A stretch of 64,000 nt of DNA from Thermoplasmatota archaeon (GCA_023489435.1 JAMDCA010000037.1:23587-87586), one strand, 5' to 3'. Shown: positions 39,757-49,767, counted from the stretch's first letter. The notes: generated by a model from the sequence alone, not told the origin. Made by a program: numbers and translations.

Positions 39757-40714
39757 CTCTTTTTGTATGTATGTAAAGTCCGCTAATCATTATAAATGCA
39801 AATATTGCGGAGGCAACAACTTCAATATTAAGCGATATGTTCAAGACACTGGATTTTTGCAACCCGCGCAGGAGCATTTCAATTCCGAGGAATGAGAGTA
39901 TGGCGAAGAAAATCCACCTTATGTTCTTGTTGGTTATTTTCATCAGTATTTTTGCCCCTATGAATGATCCGATGAGAACTCCAATGGCAGTGGCAGCAGC
40001 AATGAACACCTGTATGTAGCCGTTATACCAGTAAATGGAACTCCCTGTGGCAGCAGTTATTCCAATCATGAAGTTACTGGTAGTTGTTGTTACCTTCATG
40101 GGGAGATTCATTGCCCAGTCCATTCCAAGAACTTTCAATGCTCCGCTTCCTATGCCAAGAAGCCCTGAAATTACCCCGGCAAAGAACATTATAAATTCTG
40201 CAAGCCACCATCTTACACCCTCGTAATTTACCTGTTTTTTGAGCCTCTTGTCATAATAAGACCCTGCAAGCTGGAATAATTTGGTCGACCAGTCTGCTTT
40301 GCGGGGAACTGGCTCCTCGTACTTCCCTCTCTGAACTGTTGGAATCAGTGAGCCTAGCAGTACCGCCCCAAAGATAATGTAAATCATCCACGAATAATGG
40401 TTGTTGTTAATGTACACTGCAGTTAGGGAGCCAACTATGGCCCCAGCAGTAGTGGCTATTTCCAGACCGATCCCTACTTTGACATTGGTGATTTTTTCCC
40501 TTGTATATGCACTAGCGCTGCCGGCAGAAGTTGCAATAGTAGACACTAGGCTTGCCCCTGTTGCAAAGATAATAGGAATTCCGTAAAATAGTGACAAAAG
40601 TGGAACTAGCACAGTGGCTCCACCAAGGCCCGTAAGTGAACCTAATGTCCCTGCTGCAATCCCGCCCACTACGATTGAAAGGAACTTAAGTGCTATGTAT
40701 AAGATAGCAGTCAT
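39728..40714 (-). CDS. TauE/SafE (DUF81) family anion exporter-like permease
   Basis: Two-repeat polytopic protein with glycine-rich GSLTGLGGATVLVP and GLLGIGSGALKV segments. Confidence 0.65.
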   Translation of the reverse strand: MTAILYIALKFLSIVVGGIAAGTLGSLTGLGGATVLVPLLSLFYGIPIIFATGASLVSTIATSAGSASAYTREKITNVKVGIGLEIATTAGAIVGSLTAVYINNNHYSWMIYIIFGAVLLGSLIPTVQRGKYEEPVPRKADWSTKLFQLAGSYYDKRLKKQVNYEGVRWWLAEFIMFFAGVISGLLGIGSGALKVLGMDWAMNLPMKVTTTTSNFMIGITAATGSSIYWYNGYIQVFIAAATAIGVLIGSFIGAKILMKITNKNIRWIFFAILSFLGIEMLLRGLQKSSVLNISLNIEVVASAIFAFIMISGLYIHTKRGVEKNAKGN

Positions 40715-40859
40715 TCAACCCTGAATCCCTGCATACTATATATTTATCTTCAGAAACCCCGGCGAATTTGGGACCTGCGGGATTTTGCTTAAAATCCGAT
40801 TTTTGCGATAAGTAGCATTCTTTAACTAATCCGAAGATTCTACCGTAGATGCTGTAAAT

Positions 40860-42770
40860 TCAGGTTAAAGTACCATTAGTGATTGTGAAGGGCAGGATTG
40901 CTGAAATATCACCGTAATAAGCAATTATGCGGTATTTTCCACTTGCTGGTATCTGCTGCAGGGAATTTTCTGGCAATATCGTTATCGTTGCACTATTGTT
41001 CCCTGTAGTTATGTTGCCATGTTGCCAGAGGTATCCGTTAAGGTTAGGCATTGGAGACATAGGAACAATTCTGTAAAGTACCTGTCCATATGACAAATTG
41101 CCATTTTCCACCCACAGGCTTAAAGAGATTGCAGTTACATTGCCGTTCCCCGTGGATGCAATACTGATGTTCTCTATGCTGATATCACCAGTAACAGGAT
41201 GCAGAGCTTGAATTCCAAGAGGTACTCCCAGAAGCAGCACTGCAATGGTCAGGGCTATCACCTTTTCTTTTCCACGGAAACTTATTTTTTTGTGCTGCCT
41301 GTTGATTGCTTCGTCTCTTTCTGTTCTCATCAGCGCGGGAATTGCGAGCGCGATTATGGGCCAGAAAATCACGTAATCAAGAAGAAACCGGTAGTTGAAA
41401 AGGAATATGATTAAGGGAAAAGCAAGAAAAGCGAATCTTAACTTCTCATAATATGAGATGTATATGATCATGAATGAGATTCCCAGGCATGCGACCATTG
41501 CGGTAAAGAACTCTCTTGAGAGCGGCAATATCCCAAGAAAACCCAGTTGTGAAGGGCCAAATCCTATGCCAATAAGCGGGAGAAGTCCGGGTGATGCCAG
41601 TGCCTGGAAAAACGAAGATGGGTCGTTAAAAATAAATGGCAGATTTGGCAAAAAGAAGGCCGCAGCCGCAACAGTAGTCCATGCAATTCCGGCCTTTCGG
41701 CCTGTTTCCCTGAAAATAAAAATAAGAAAAAACGGAAAAGCTATCCATGGAATTTGCTTCACTGCGAGAGCTAACCCCATGGAAAGCCCTGAAATAACTG
41801 GTTTTTTATAAGTTGAAATGGAAATGAGCATCAGAATTGCCCACAAGATGTCCGGGTATCCAAGTCCGGTTTGTATGAGGTATGAAGGGTTTAGAAGAAG
41901 AATAAACACTGGAGAGAGTGATAGAAGCCTGAATTTTATGTCAGAGTAAAGAGAGAAAATTATCAGCGGAGGGACTGCATAAAGAGGAAGAAGAGTAGCT
42001 GAAGGGCTTATCCCCAGAACCTGGGCCGGAATATATGAATAAATTGAAAGTGCCGGATAGCTGAAGCTGGTAACAAGGCCTCCTGTAAGCAACGGCGTAC
42101 CAATGCTCAGAGGAAAACCAGGAATGGATGAATGTATGAAACCAAAAACTCCAGCGGTATTTGTCACAACGTAGGGATTTGTCCCTTGAAGTGCGAGGTG
42201 CGCAGAGTAGTAGTCCAGCAGCATTTCATCGGTTGGGTATTTAGGAGAGCCTGCCCAGAAGGCAAATGCCCAGGTAAGAGCCAGTACAGCTATGGGCACA
42301 TAAAACAGCCTCGTAAGATTTTTTGACATTTTAGTTTCAAGTTTATGGAGGAATACCAGTATTGCCAGAGATGCCAGTGTGAATATCGCCAGCAATGCCT
42401 CGTAATTTGAGGGTACAGAACTGTAGTGTTCCACGCCAGACAGAAAAACGGGAACTATTAGATACAAAGCATAAGTCAATAATCCAAAAGTGGCGAGTTT
42501 TACCGGAAGTTTTCCCGCTGAGGCCCAGGTCTCAACCCTTGCCCATATCTTCTGAGTGAAATTTAATACGGGCCCGGGAAAATGGGTTATCAATCCACAA
42601 AGAAGAAACAGGAAACCGATGAAAATGAAAGACGACTCAATAACAATAAGGAAAGGGCCCTGATAACCAAACTCACTCCAGAGTATTTGGGGTATGGCAA
42701 TTAGTGCAGAACTAATCGATATGCAGACAAGCCTGATTACGAGAATTGAATTTTCCTGGCTTTCATTCAC
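40860..42770 (-). CDS. Polytopic GT-C-like glycosyltransferase (PMT_2/ArnT/DUF2029-like) with C-terminal extracellular beta domain
   Basis: More than 12 TM segments. Acidic loop motif PKYPTDEMLLDYY. C-terminal ~120-aa sequon-rich soluble domain. Overlaps by 4 nt with the upstream Dol-P-hexose synthase-like gene. Confidence 0.55.
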   Translation of the reverse strand: MNESQENSILVIRLVCISISSALIAIPQILWSEFGYQGPFLIVIESSFIFIGFLFLLCGLITHFPGPVLNFTQKIWARVETWASAGKLPVKLATFGLLTYALYLIVPVFLSGVEHYSSVPSNYEALLAIFTLASLAILVFLHKLETKMSKNLTRLFYVPIAVLALTWAFAFWAGSPKYPTDEMLLDYYSAHLALQGTNPYVVTNTAGVFGFIHSSIPGFPLSIGTPLLTGGLVTSFSYPALSIYSYIPAQVLGISPSATLLPLYAVPPLIIFSLYSDIKFRLLSLSPVFILLLNPSYLIQTGLGYPDILWAILMLISISTYKKPVISGLSMGLALAVKQIPWIAFPFFLIFIFRETGRKAGIAWTTVAAAAFFLPNLPFIFNDPSSFFQALASPGLLPLIGIGFGPSQLGFLGILPLSREFFTAMVACLGISFMIIYISYYEKLRFAFLAFPLIIFLFNYRFLLDYVIFWPIIALAIPALMRTERDEAINRQHKKISFRGKEKVIALTIAVLLLGVPLGIQALHPVTGDISIENISIASTGNGNVTAISLSLWVENGNLSYGQVLYRIVPMSPMPNLNGYLWQHGNITTGNNSATITILPENSLQQIPASGKYRIIAYYGDISAILPFTITNGTLT

Positions 42771-43864
42771 TTCTCACTTTCCCTCCAAACATAGAATGTA
42801 GAGGAGAGATAAGTTACCAGGAATGCACAGACTATTCCAACAAAATCAGCAATACCAATGCCTACAATGCTGCCTTTGGTTGCAAATCCGCTCTTCAGCA
42901 TCTCTGAGTAAAGTCCATAAAAGACGACTGAGTTGACGCCTAAACCCAGAAGGCTGAATAAGTTAAATCTAGCCAGCCTGAAAAGGAATGTTGATGAAGT
43001 TTTTGTAGCCCTTTTCCTGAAAGTGAACCTGTCATTGAGGACAAAGTTAGAAACAACGCTGGCCTCAACTGCCAGAGGGCTTGCCGGAAATCCCATATAA
43101 CCATAGAGCAGCGTCAGGATAAGGAAGTTGACAAGTATACCGGATAACCCTACGATTACGTACCTTCCAATATTTCCCTTCCTGAAAATTAATGAGGCAA
43201 AACTCTGAATATCGTCAAATTTCAGTTTGCTCTTTCCCTGGGACCTCTTTACGAATTTTATTGGGTGTTCGTACACCCTGAAGCCACTTCCAATTAGCCG
43301 CCTCATAATGTCAATCTGCCCAGCATATGATGGGCTGATTGGCTCCTCAAGATTTGAGTCGAGCAGGAATTCCATTGCCTGTGCAGAATAAACTCTGAAA
43401 CCACTTGTGGCATCCTTTACCCTTGCGGAAAATGTTGATCTGAAAGCTATGTTTCCTCCGAGGCTGATTATCCTTCTTGTGACCGCATCTCCATTTTTTC
43501 CACCGGGGACATATCGGGAGCCTACCACAAGATCCGCCTGCTTATCCATTGCAGACCTCAGTAGATCTGGAATGTATGAGGGGTTGTGAGAAAAGTCAGA
43601 ATCCATAACGACGGCATACTTGCATGTTAAGGGAAGCCTCTTGAAACCTTCCAGAATGGCGGATACCAGACCCATTCTCCTGTGCCTTTCCACAAGATGG
43701 ACGTTGCCCCATAGTGTGCATATCTGCTGTGTTCCATCTGTGCTTCCATCGTCCACAACGTATACTGTGTAATCTTCCAGTTCGGGAAGTAGGTTTTCCA
43801 GATTTGCCCGTTCATTCACGACAGGTAGGATTATGGCAACACTGTCAACCTTAGGACCTGCCAT
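42767..43864 (-). CDS. Dolichyl-phosphate hexose synthase-like GT2 (Dpm1/AglD-like) fused to a GtrA-like 4-TM domain
   Basis: [39 protein letters not shown]-terminal GtrA-like region including [13 protein letters not shown]. Confidence 0.8.
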   Translation of the reverse strand: MAGPKVDSVAIILPVVNERANLENLLPELEDYTVYVVDDGSTDGTQQICTLWGNVHLVERHRRMGLVSAILEGFKRLPLTCKYAVVMDSDFSHNPSYIPDLLRSAMDKQADLVVGSRYVPGGKNGDAVTRRIISLGGNIAFRSTFSARVKDATSGFRVYSAQAMEFLLDSNLEEPISPSYAGQIDIMRRLIGSGFRVYEHPIKFVKRSQGKSKLKFDDIQSFASLIFRKGNIGRYVIVGLSGILVNFLILTLLYGYMGFPASPLAVEASVVSNFVLNDRFTFRKRATKTSSTFLFRLARFNLFSLLGLGVNSVVFYGLYSEMLKSGFATKGSIVGIGIADFVGIVCAFLVTYLSSTFYVWRESEK

Positions 43865-44008
43865 TATTATTCCAAAGTGTTATGTATCTTTAGGTTTAAA
43901 ACTTTGGGCTGTAAAGTCGGAAAAAGTTTACAAAAAGCGTATCCCTCACGATTTTTCGATTCCTCTATAAAGATATTTATAATCTTCCCCTATCCAATCT
44001 CGATTAAC

Positions 44009-45019
44009 ATGTCCACAGACATCTCACAATTGAGATTTGGCGAAGAACTCATCAAGAGAGGTTTTGCCAAAATGACAAAGGGCGGCGTCATTATGGACGT
44101 AACTAATGCAGAGCAGGCAAAAATCGCAGAAGATGCCGGTGCAGTATCAGTTATGGCCCTTGAAAGAGTCCCAGCAGATATCAGGGCTGCCGGAGGTGTT
44201 GCCCGAATGGCTGACCCTGAAAAAATCAAGGAGATTATCAACGCAGTTTCAATCCCAGTTATGGCAAAGGTAAGAATAGGCCATATTTCGGAAGGATACA
44301 CACTTGAAGCCCTGGGAGTGGATATGCTTGATGAGAGTGAAGTTCTTACTCCGGCAGATCCGTTCTTCCATGTTTACAAGAAACAGCTTAAGGTACCAGT
44401 GGTGTGTGGCGCAAGAACTCTGCCGGAAGCCGTGAGAAGGATTGTAGAAGGAGCTGCGATGATCCGGACGAAAGGGGAAGCGGGAACAGGAAATATTGTC
44501 GAAGCAGTAAGGCATATCAGAACGGTCAATGAAGAGATAGGGATAATAAAGGGCCTTAGCCAGGAAGAACTGAAAAAAGTGGCAGAAAGAATTGCTGAGA
44601 ATTACACCGTGCTAAGGAAGACCGCTTCTCAGGATCTCTTTGGAGACGAAAAATATCTCACTGGGTACAATCTCTTTTATGGACAGAATATTGAGAGGAT
44701 GGAGGCAGAGGTTCTCAAGGTCCTTAAGGAAGTAAGAAAGCTTGGCAGGCTTCCGGTTGTAAACTTTGCAGCAGGTGGGGTTGCAACCCCAGCTGACGGT
44801 GCCTTGATGATCAAACTTGGCATGGATGGAGTATTTGTGGGAAGCGGCATATTCAAGTCTAAGAATCCAGAGAGGATGGCAAAGGCAGTAGTGGAAGCCG
44901 TTGAGAATTACGAGGATTATAAAATTATAGGCGGAGTTTCCTCCGGACTGGCTGGAATGCAGGGGCTGGACATAGAACAGATGCCAAAGGAAATGAGGCT
45001 CCAGGAAAGAGGTTGGTAA
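44009..45019 (+). CDS. pdxS: Pyridoxal 5'-phosphate synthase lyase subunit PdxS
   Basis: [42 protein letters not shown] is near-invariant PdxS sequence. Start moved to ATG 44009, since the track's 44-aa N-terminal extension is not PdxS-like. Confidence 0.92.
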   Translation: MSTDISQLRFGEELIKRGFAKMTKGGVIMDVTNAEQAKIAEDAGAVSVMALERVPADIRAAGGVARMADPEKIKEIINAVSIPVMAKVRIGHISEGYTLEALGVDMLDESEVLTPADPFFHVYKKQLKVPVVCGARTLPEAVRRIVEGAAMIRTKGEAGTGNIVEAVRHIRTVNEEIGIIKGLSQEELKKVAERIAENYTVLRKTASQDLFGDEKYLTGYNLFYGQNIERMEAEVLKVLKEVRKLGRLPVVNFAAGGVATPADGALMIKLGMDGVFVGSGIFKSKNPERMAKAVVEAVENYEDYKIIGGVSSGLAGMQGLDIEQMPKEMRLQERGW

Positions 45020-45031
45020 TCCATCTATAGT

Positions 45032-45763
45032 TTGCTTGATACTTTACTGATACTAGCCATACTGGCATTACTTTTCGTAGTTTCCAGGGTTTTGAACATA
45101 TTTGACTTGAAAGGAACTACAGCAGCCCTGGTAGTTGGGCTGATTGTTGCTTTCTTCGGGTCACTCCAATGGCTTATTGTTTTGCTTGTGTTTGCTATAA
45201 GCTCGCATTTTGCCACCAAAGCCTTCTTTGACATCAAGAAAAAACAGCATGTGCAGGAAGGGGTCGCTGGTGAGAGGCGGGTTTCCAATGTCTTTTACGC
45301 AGCACTCATCGGCATAGCCATTGCTTCTATTAACCTGGGCAGCGTGCTGTCGCATTCCATCTATTTCCATTATTTTGAACTGTTTTCCATTTCACTTGCA
45401 GTTGTTAATTCAGACACTTTTGCATCAGAAATTGGACAAATTGACAAGAAAGTATACATGATTACCAACTTTAAGAGAACAACGCCCGGAATAAATGGGG
45501 GAGTGTCTCTGACAGGAGAAGCAGCAGCCCTCCTCGGTGCGTTTATCGTTGCAATTTCTTATGGCTTGCTTAGCTTATCAACCGGAATAAGCGTTGTTAG
45601 AATCCTTATGGTCGGTGCACTTGGGTTCCTTGGATGCCAGATAGACAGCATTCTTGGTGCTGCCTTTGAGAACCGGAACAAGTTGAGTAAGGGAGAGGTC
45701 AACTTCCTTGCTTCCTTCCTTTCTGTCCTGATTGCAATACCAATTTTACTGGTCGCGTTTTAA
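45032..45763 (+). CDS. DUF92/TMEM19 (COG1836, VTE6 phytyl-phosphate-kinase family) integral membrane protein
   Basis: 243-aa polytopic protein. GERRVSNVFYAALIG, NSDTFASEIG and GGVSLTGEAAALLGA segments resemble DUF92. TTG start. Confidence 0.55.
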   Translation: MLDTLLILAILALLFVVSRVLNIFDLKGTTAALVVGLIVAFFGSLQWLIVLLVFAISSHFATKAFFDIKKKQHVQEGVAGERRVSNVFYAALIGIAIASINLGSVLSHSIYFHYFELFSISLAVVNSDTFASEIGQIDKKVYMITNFKRTTPGINGGVSLTGEAAALLGAFIVAISYGLLSLSTGISVVRILMVGALGFLGCQIDSILGAAFENRNKLSKGEVNFLASFLSVLIAIPILLVAF

Positions 45764-45863
45764 CTTCTAATATGTGATTAATGTAAAATACTACAGGAAA
45801 GGGCAATGCCACAGATTAATTCAATACAGTGAAGCAGGCTTTTGTGCAGGGTAAATTAAAGTT

Positions 45864-45871
45864 AAAAAAAA
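45864..45871 (-). terminator. Oligo-T tract (T8 on the minus strand) immediately after the last gene of the Rieske/cyt b operon
   Basis: Plus-strand A8 at 45864-45871 directly abuts the minus-strand TAA at 45872-45874. Archaeal terminators are oligo-T runs. Confidence 0.5.
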
Positions 45872-46507
45872 TTACTGCTTTGAAAGCAGTATGAATCCAT
45901 TGGAAGAATATGGTCCTGCAGCTGCGTTGATCACAACAAATAAACTCTGGCCAGTGGCCATGAGTTTTAGTGCAGTTGCATTAAGCTGCAAGGTAAAGCT
46001 AAACTTGTATGCTCCTCCAGAATAGGTAACATTCTTTGTAAATGAATGGAACAGAGGATATGTTATGTTCTGGTAAGTGTAGCTTTGGGACAGACTTGAC
46101 ACATTCGCCGCAATTGAGCTGTTTACAGAGGAATTCAAAGTGGTGCCCGACTTCTCGGTTTGGTTAAGTGTTTGGTTGTACAGTTTGCTGTAAATTGCAT
46201 TATAGGTCGAATTGTATGCACTGAGATTCACCACAGCGGGTGCTATGACAGTTAAATTCATTGCCCCTGATGCTGTTGTTGATGCAATAGTCATGTTAAA
46301 ACTGAGGTTGGTAGTTGTGTCACTGACATTGGCTGTATAAGTCTGGTTGGATGCATTATAAAATCCACTCCCACCACTGGAAGTAATTCCCTTAATTGAC
46401 GTTCCTGAAGCCTGGGAAGGAATAAGTTGGGATGTCCCCAATGCTCCTCCAATTATAACGACGGCTATGACCAAGAATCCAATCCATCCTTTGATATTAC
46501 TTGCCAT
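45872..46507 (-). CDS. N-terminally membrane-anchored, sequon-rich extracellular protein (211 aa)
   Basis: TM GWIGFLVIAVVIIGGALG followed by an S/T/N-rich domain with many N-x-S/T sequons. One His and no Cys in the translated ORF, so no obvious cofactor-binding motif. 7 nt downstream of the crotonase-like gene. Confidence 0.6.
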   Translation of the reverse strand: MASNIKGWIGFLVIAVVIIGGALGTSQLIPSQASGTSIKGITSSGGSGFYNASNQTYTANVSDTTTNLSFNMTIASTTASGAMNLTVIAPAVVNLSAYNSTYNAIYSKLYNQTLNQTEKSGTTLNSSVNSSIAANVSSLSQSYTYQNITYPLFHSFTKNVTYSGGAYKFSFTLQLNATALKLMATGQSLFVVINAAAGPYSSNGFILLSKQ

Positions 46508-46514
46508 TTTAATT

Positions 46515-47195
46515 TCAAACTCCTATTTTCTTTGATTTAATATCGTCCAGTTTAATTTCACTGATTCTTGCCAGAAGAGCAAGATGTTCTTCTCCTAGGG
46601 CTTCTCTTATGAACCTCATGTGGCTCTTTCTTTTGAGAACCATTTTGAAGTTGCTGGTTTCCCCGATCAGAATTTTTGATTCCCCCAGAAGATCAGATGC
46701 GGGGAAAACATAATCACAATTCATGCCTTCGAGTGCCTTTTTGACATCAGTTTTCAGAAACTTTGCCGATGTTAGTGAGCCACCCATTGCGAACATATAC
46801 TGCTTTGTGAGCCCCAACTTTGCTTCAGGCGCACTTATAATTGTATCGCAAAGTAGTGCAAGTTCATATCCGATGTCTATGGCATCGCCATTCACAATTG
46901 CATAAATTGGTTTTTCAATTGAGTATATGATAGATGCCAGGGCCCTCATTGAATCGAGCATCTCAATTGGGTTGTCCCATCCCAGAAGTTCCGTTGCAAA
47001 GAAATCATTCTGACCAGTTATGGCAATGCTCTCCACTGAGCCGTCTATGGAAGCTGTGCTCAAAGCCATTATCAGCTCATCAAGTGTATGTTTCTTTATC
47101 TTCCCGGATGAGGAACTTCTTAGGATTATTAGACCTATCTCGTCTTCTCTCCAGAAGGAGATGTCTTCAAATCCTTTTACCCTGATATCACTCAT
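46515..47195 (-). CDS. Crotonase/enoyl-CoA hydratase-fold protein, probably divergent or non-canonical
   Basis: GLIILRSSSSGKIKKHTLDELIMALSTASIDGSVESIAITGQNDFF and KPIYAIVNGDAIDIGYELALLCDTIISAPEAKLGL follow the crotonase pattern. The usual GGG/acidic catalytic positions are not obvious. Confidence 0.6.
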   Translation of the reverse strand: MSDIRVKGFEDISFWREDEIGLIILRSSSSGKIKKHTLDELIMALSTASIDGSVESIAITGQNDFFATELLGWDNPIEMLDSMRALASIIYSIEKPIYAIVNGDAIDIGYELALLCDTIISAPEAKLGLTKQYMFAMGGSLTSAKFLKTDVKKALEGMNCDYVFPASDLLGESKILIGETSNFKMVLKRKSHMRFIREALGEEHLALLARISEIKLDDIKSKKIGV

Positions 47196-48861
47196 CGTAG
47201 AACGCTGCCCTGTAAATTCTCATTATTGTGCCGGCGAATATTAGGATAAACCCTAGCCCAATGCCAAACTCTGCATTCGGAACTGCCCCTATCGGATTCA
47301 GCTGCATAATAAGGTATATTATTGCAATAGTGCCAACGGTGAGAAGTGCCGACAGGATCATTGCCACATTCTTGTTGAGGTGGAAAGTGTTCGCGCTCTC
47401 TACCTTTTTTTCGTGTTCAAGTGACATATTGGCAGATTTCATTGTCCCAACAGCACCAAATACCATTACGCCACCTGTGAACAGTGAGGTTACGATGTTA
47501 AGGCCACTTATGTGAACAAGTGTCGCTGTGAAATTCTGTCCAAAGTTGTAAGCTGCAAACATCATTATGAACAGGAACACAAGGAATGAAGTTGTTATCT
47601 TGCTAGTGCTTACCTTGAATTTTCCTTTCTTGAACATGCGGGAAAGCACGGTGACACCCGTAACAACTATGACAAATGGTGGAACGAATACTGCTGCCAC
47701 TTCCCAGTTTGGAATCTGGACACCGGGCGTAAGGGCTCCCCAGGCGGAAAGAATAGCCATGTAAAGGATCCCCAGTATCCCAAATGATGTGACCAGTGGC
47801 CTGGAAAGTGGATGCAGGTCATCCGTAGTATCTATGAATGGCAGCAGGAGGAAGTAAACAAGTGGAACTATTCCGAACACTGCTGTCGCAGCAAGTGCAG
47901 AAAGCGGTCCGGCTATACTGAACATATTAAAATCGACTGCCTTGTAAACAAACAGGAGGAACCACGGGGGGTACGCAGGAACATAAGCAGCAAGAGGGCT
48001 GCTGGGGGATACCTGCGGGAATGGCGAGAACAGTGCAGGTACATGAGGTAGTAAAGCAATCACCGATGGTATAATCATGAGCAACCCAAAACTGTACATT
48101 GCCAACTGTGTCATGAACCCGAAGTTGTAAGGATACCATTTCTTGTGTTTTTCTTCCTCTGTGTCGACCGCAGGTGCCTTGTGGTTAACATCTTTGTGGG
48201 ATGGCATTATGCCATTTGCTTCTGCCAGCCAGAAATGTGCGCCAAAGAGAATGCCAATGAGCAAAACGAGGATTACGTGCCATGCAAGCATGTGAATGAA
48301 CAAACTTATGGATGTCCCATTTCCAAAGAAAATGGCTTCCAGGGAATTTCCAAGGAAAGGTGTGGCCTGGGCAATACCTCTTCCCACATCTGTTGCATCT
48401 ACGGAAAGAACGTCACCGGTCATTGAATAACCAAAAAACCCTACACCAACGGTAGTTGCAAGCAAAAGGACCCCAATTATCCACTGGAGCTGCCTGGGCT
48501 TCTTGTACGAGCCAAAGAAGTAATTCCTGTACATGTGCACGTAAATCAGGAAAATCATAGCATACGCACCATATAGGTGAGTAGTGAGCATGAAAGACCC
48601 AAACGGAATTGATGTGATAATTGCCTCAGTGGATAAATATGCATTTGCAGGGTTGTAGTAAAGCAGGAGCAGCAATCCGGTGATAATCTGGTAAACAAAA
48701 GCCATGCTGATAATTGCACCAGTCCAGTACCAGATTCCTCCTCTTTTCCTCATGTAGTCTGGCACTTTCTTGAGCGGAAGTTCCTCAATATGCATGGGAT
48801 CGGGACCTAAGATGTCGTCCACTTTTGGGACCTTAACCAATTTAAATTTACTTTGAGCCAT
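47188..48861 (-). CDS. Cytochrome b (long form, bc-complex type)
   Basis: Heme-ligand pairs H95/H109 and H195/H209, each with 13-residue spacing. Qo-site motif present as PPWF (nt 47959-47970). 557 aa with additional C-terminal TM helices. Confidence 0.85.
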   Translation of the reverse strand: MAQSKFKLVKVPKVDDILGPDPMHIEELPLKKVPDYMRKRGGIWYWTGAIISMAFVYQIITGLLLLLYYNPANAYLSTEAIITSIPFGSFMLTTHLYGAYAMIFLIYVHMYRNYFFGSYKKPRQLQWIIGVLLLATTVGVGFFGYSMTGDVLSVDATDVGRGIAQATPFLGNSLEAIFFGNGTSISLFIHMLAWHVILVLLIGILFGAHFWLAEANGIMPSHKDVNHKAPAVDTEEEKHKKWYPYNFGFMTQLAMYSFGLLMIIPSVIALLPHVPALFSPFPQVSPSSPLAAYVPAYPPWFLLFVYKAVDFNMFSIAGPLSALAATAVFGIVPLVYFLLLPFIDTTDDLHPLSRPLVTSFGILGILYMAILSAWGALTPGVQIPNWEVAAVFVPPFVIVVTGVTVLSRMFKKGKFKVSTSKITTSFLVFLFIMMFAAYNFGQNFTATLVHISGLNIVTSLFTGGVMVFGAVGTMKSANMSLEHEKKVESANTFHLNKNVAMILSALLTVGTIAIIYLIMQLNPIGAVPNAEFGIGLGFILIFAGTIMRIYRAAFYDE

Positions 48862-48874
48862 TTAAAAAACCTCT

Positions 48875-49612
48875 TTAAGCCCCCGCAACGCTGACCTGTG
48901 AAACCTTGGTTGTTGTTGTACCGCTTGGAAATGGCGTTCCACCTTCAAGATCACTTGGTTTTCCGTATATTGTTGGACCGAGCATGCTCTTTACCTTGTA
49001 TGTGTCATTGGTCGGATCGAAATCCAGCACAACATTGGGTAGTGGCCTCACCGTTGGGCCAGTAACGACTGCTGCTCCCTGGGCTGGATCATAGGTGCTG
49101 CCATGGCAGTTGCAATGAATGAAACCAGTGGGGCTGCTTAATGATGAGTGCCCTGGAATTGCTGTTCCACCACTGTAATAGTGTATGATAGGAGGGACAC
49201 ACCCAAGATGCTGGCATATTGCGCTGAAAGATATTACTGAACCATATGGGCCCACTCCACCAGGAGACCTGAATGTCCCGCCAGTCGCGGGTATGGTAAC
49301 ATTCTGAGGTGTTACTCTAACATCGTTGTTGCTTGTATCCCCTAATCTTATCAGAAAATTTGGATCATTGTCCAGGGGATAATAAAAGATGTAAGCTTTT
49401 GTGCTGTTCACCTTGATATCTGAGGTGTGTATGGGGGTGCCAGTTACTTCGTCAACAAGTGTGAGTGTTGGAAATGAAGTAAGCCCGGCAGCAGGAGTTA
49501 TCAGATTTCTGATAACACCATTTGCGACCCCAACGACCGCGGCTCCCGCAGAAACTACGATCATTGCCTTCAGGAAATTCCGTTTTCCCTGATCTATTGG
49601 CTCATCGTCCAT
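48875..49612 (-). CDS. Rieske [2Fe-2S] protein
   Basis: CQHLGC and CNCHGS cluster boxes. N-terminal Tat-like GKRNFLKAMIVVSAGAAVVG. Confidence 0.85.
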   Translation of the reverse strand: MDDEPIDQGKRNFLKAMIVVSAGAAVVGVANGVIRNLITPAAGLTSFPTLTLVDEVTGTPIHTSDIKVNSTKAYIFYYPLDNDPNFLIRLGDTSNNDVRVTPQNVTIPATGGTFRSPGGVGPYGSVISFSAICQHLGCVPPIIHYYSGGTAIPGHSSLSSPTGFIHCNCHGSTYDPAQGAAVVTGPTVRPLPNVVLDFDPTNDTYKVKSMLGPTIYGKPSDLEGGTPFPSGTTTTKVSQVSVAGA

Positions 49613-49716
49613 GGAAGATGAATAGAACTACTGTATAAGTTTTTTTAGATTTTTCAACTGTTTACCTTATAAAACTGGCAATTAGGTAATACCATTACTA
49701 ATGAAAGAGGATTTGT

Positions 49717-49740
49717 AGATTCCCAGATATCTGGAAATCT
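49717..49740. promoter_or_regulatory. 24-bp near-perfect palindrome (core CCAGATATCTGG), putative operator
   Basis: agattcccagat|atctggaaatct, 11/12 arm matches. Located 28 nt upstream of ATG 49768, in the divergent region shared with the Rieske operon. Confidence 0.45.
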
Positions 49741-49767
49741 TCATATACTGGTATCAAATCTATTGTT

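Noticed and set aside
40715-40859. Small hairpin ggatttt-gctt-aaaatcc downstream of the GT-C gene, as a terminator or ncRNA
   Set aside because: The stem is short and AT-rich with no adjacent oligo-T run, so the evidence is insufficient.
43877-44008. 44-aa N-terminal extension of pdxS in the track ORF
   Set aside because: The extension ([14 protein letters not shown]...) is unlike PdxS and covers the AT-rich promoter region. ATG 44009 gives the canonical N-terminus.
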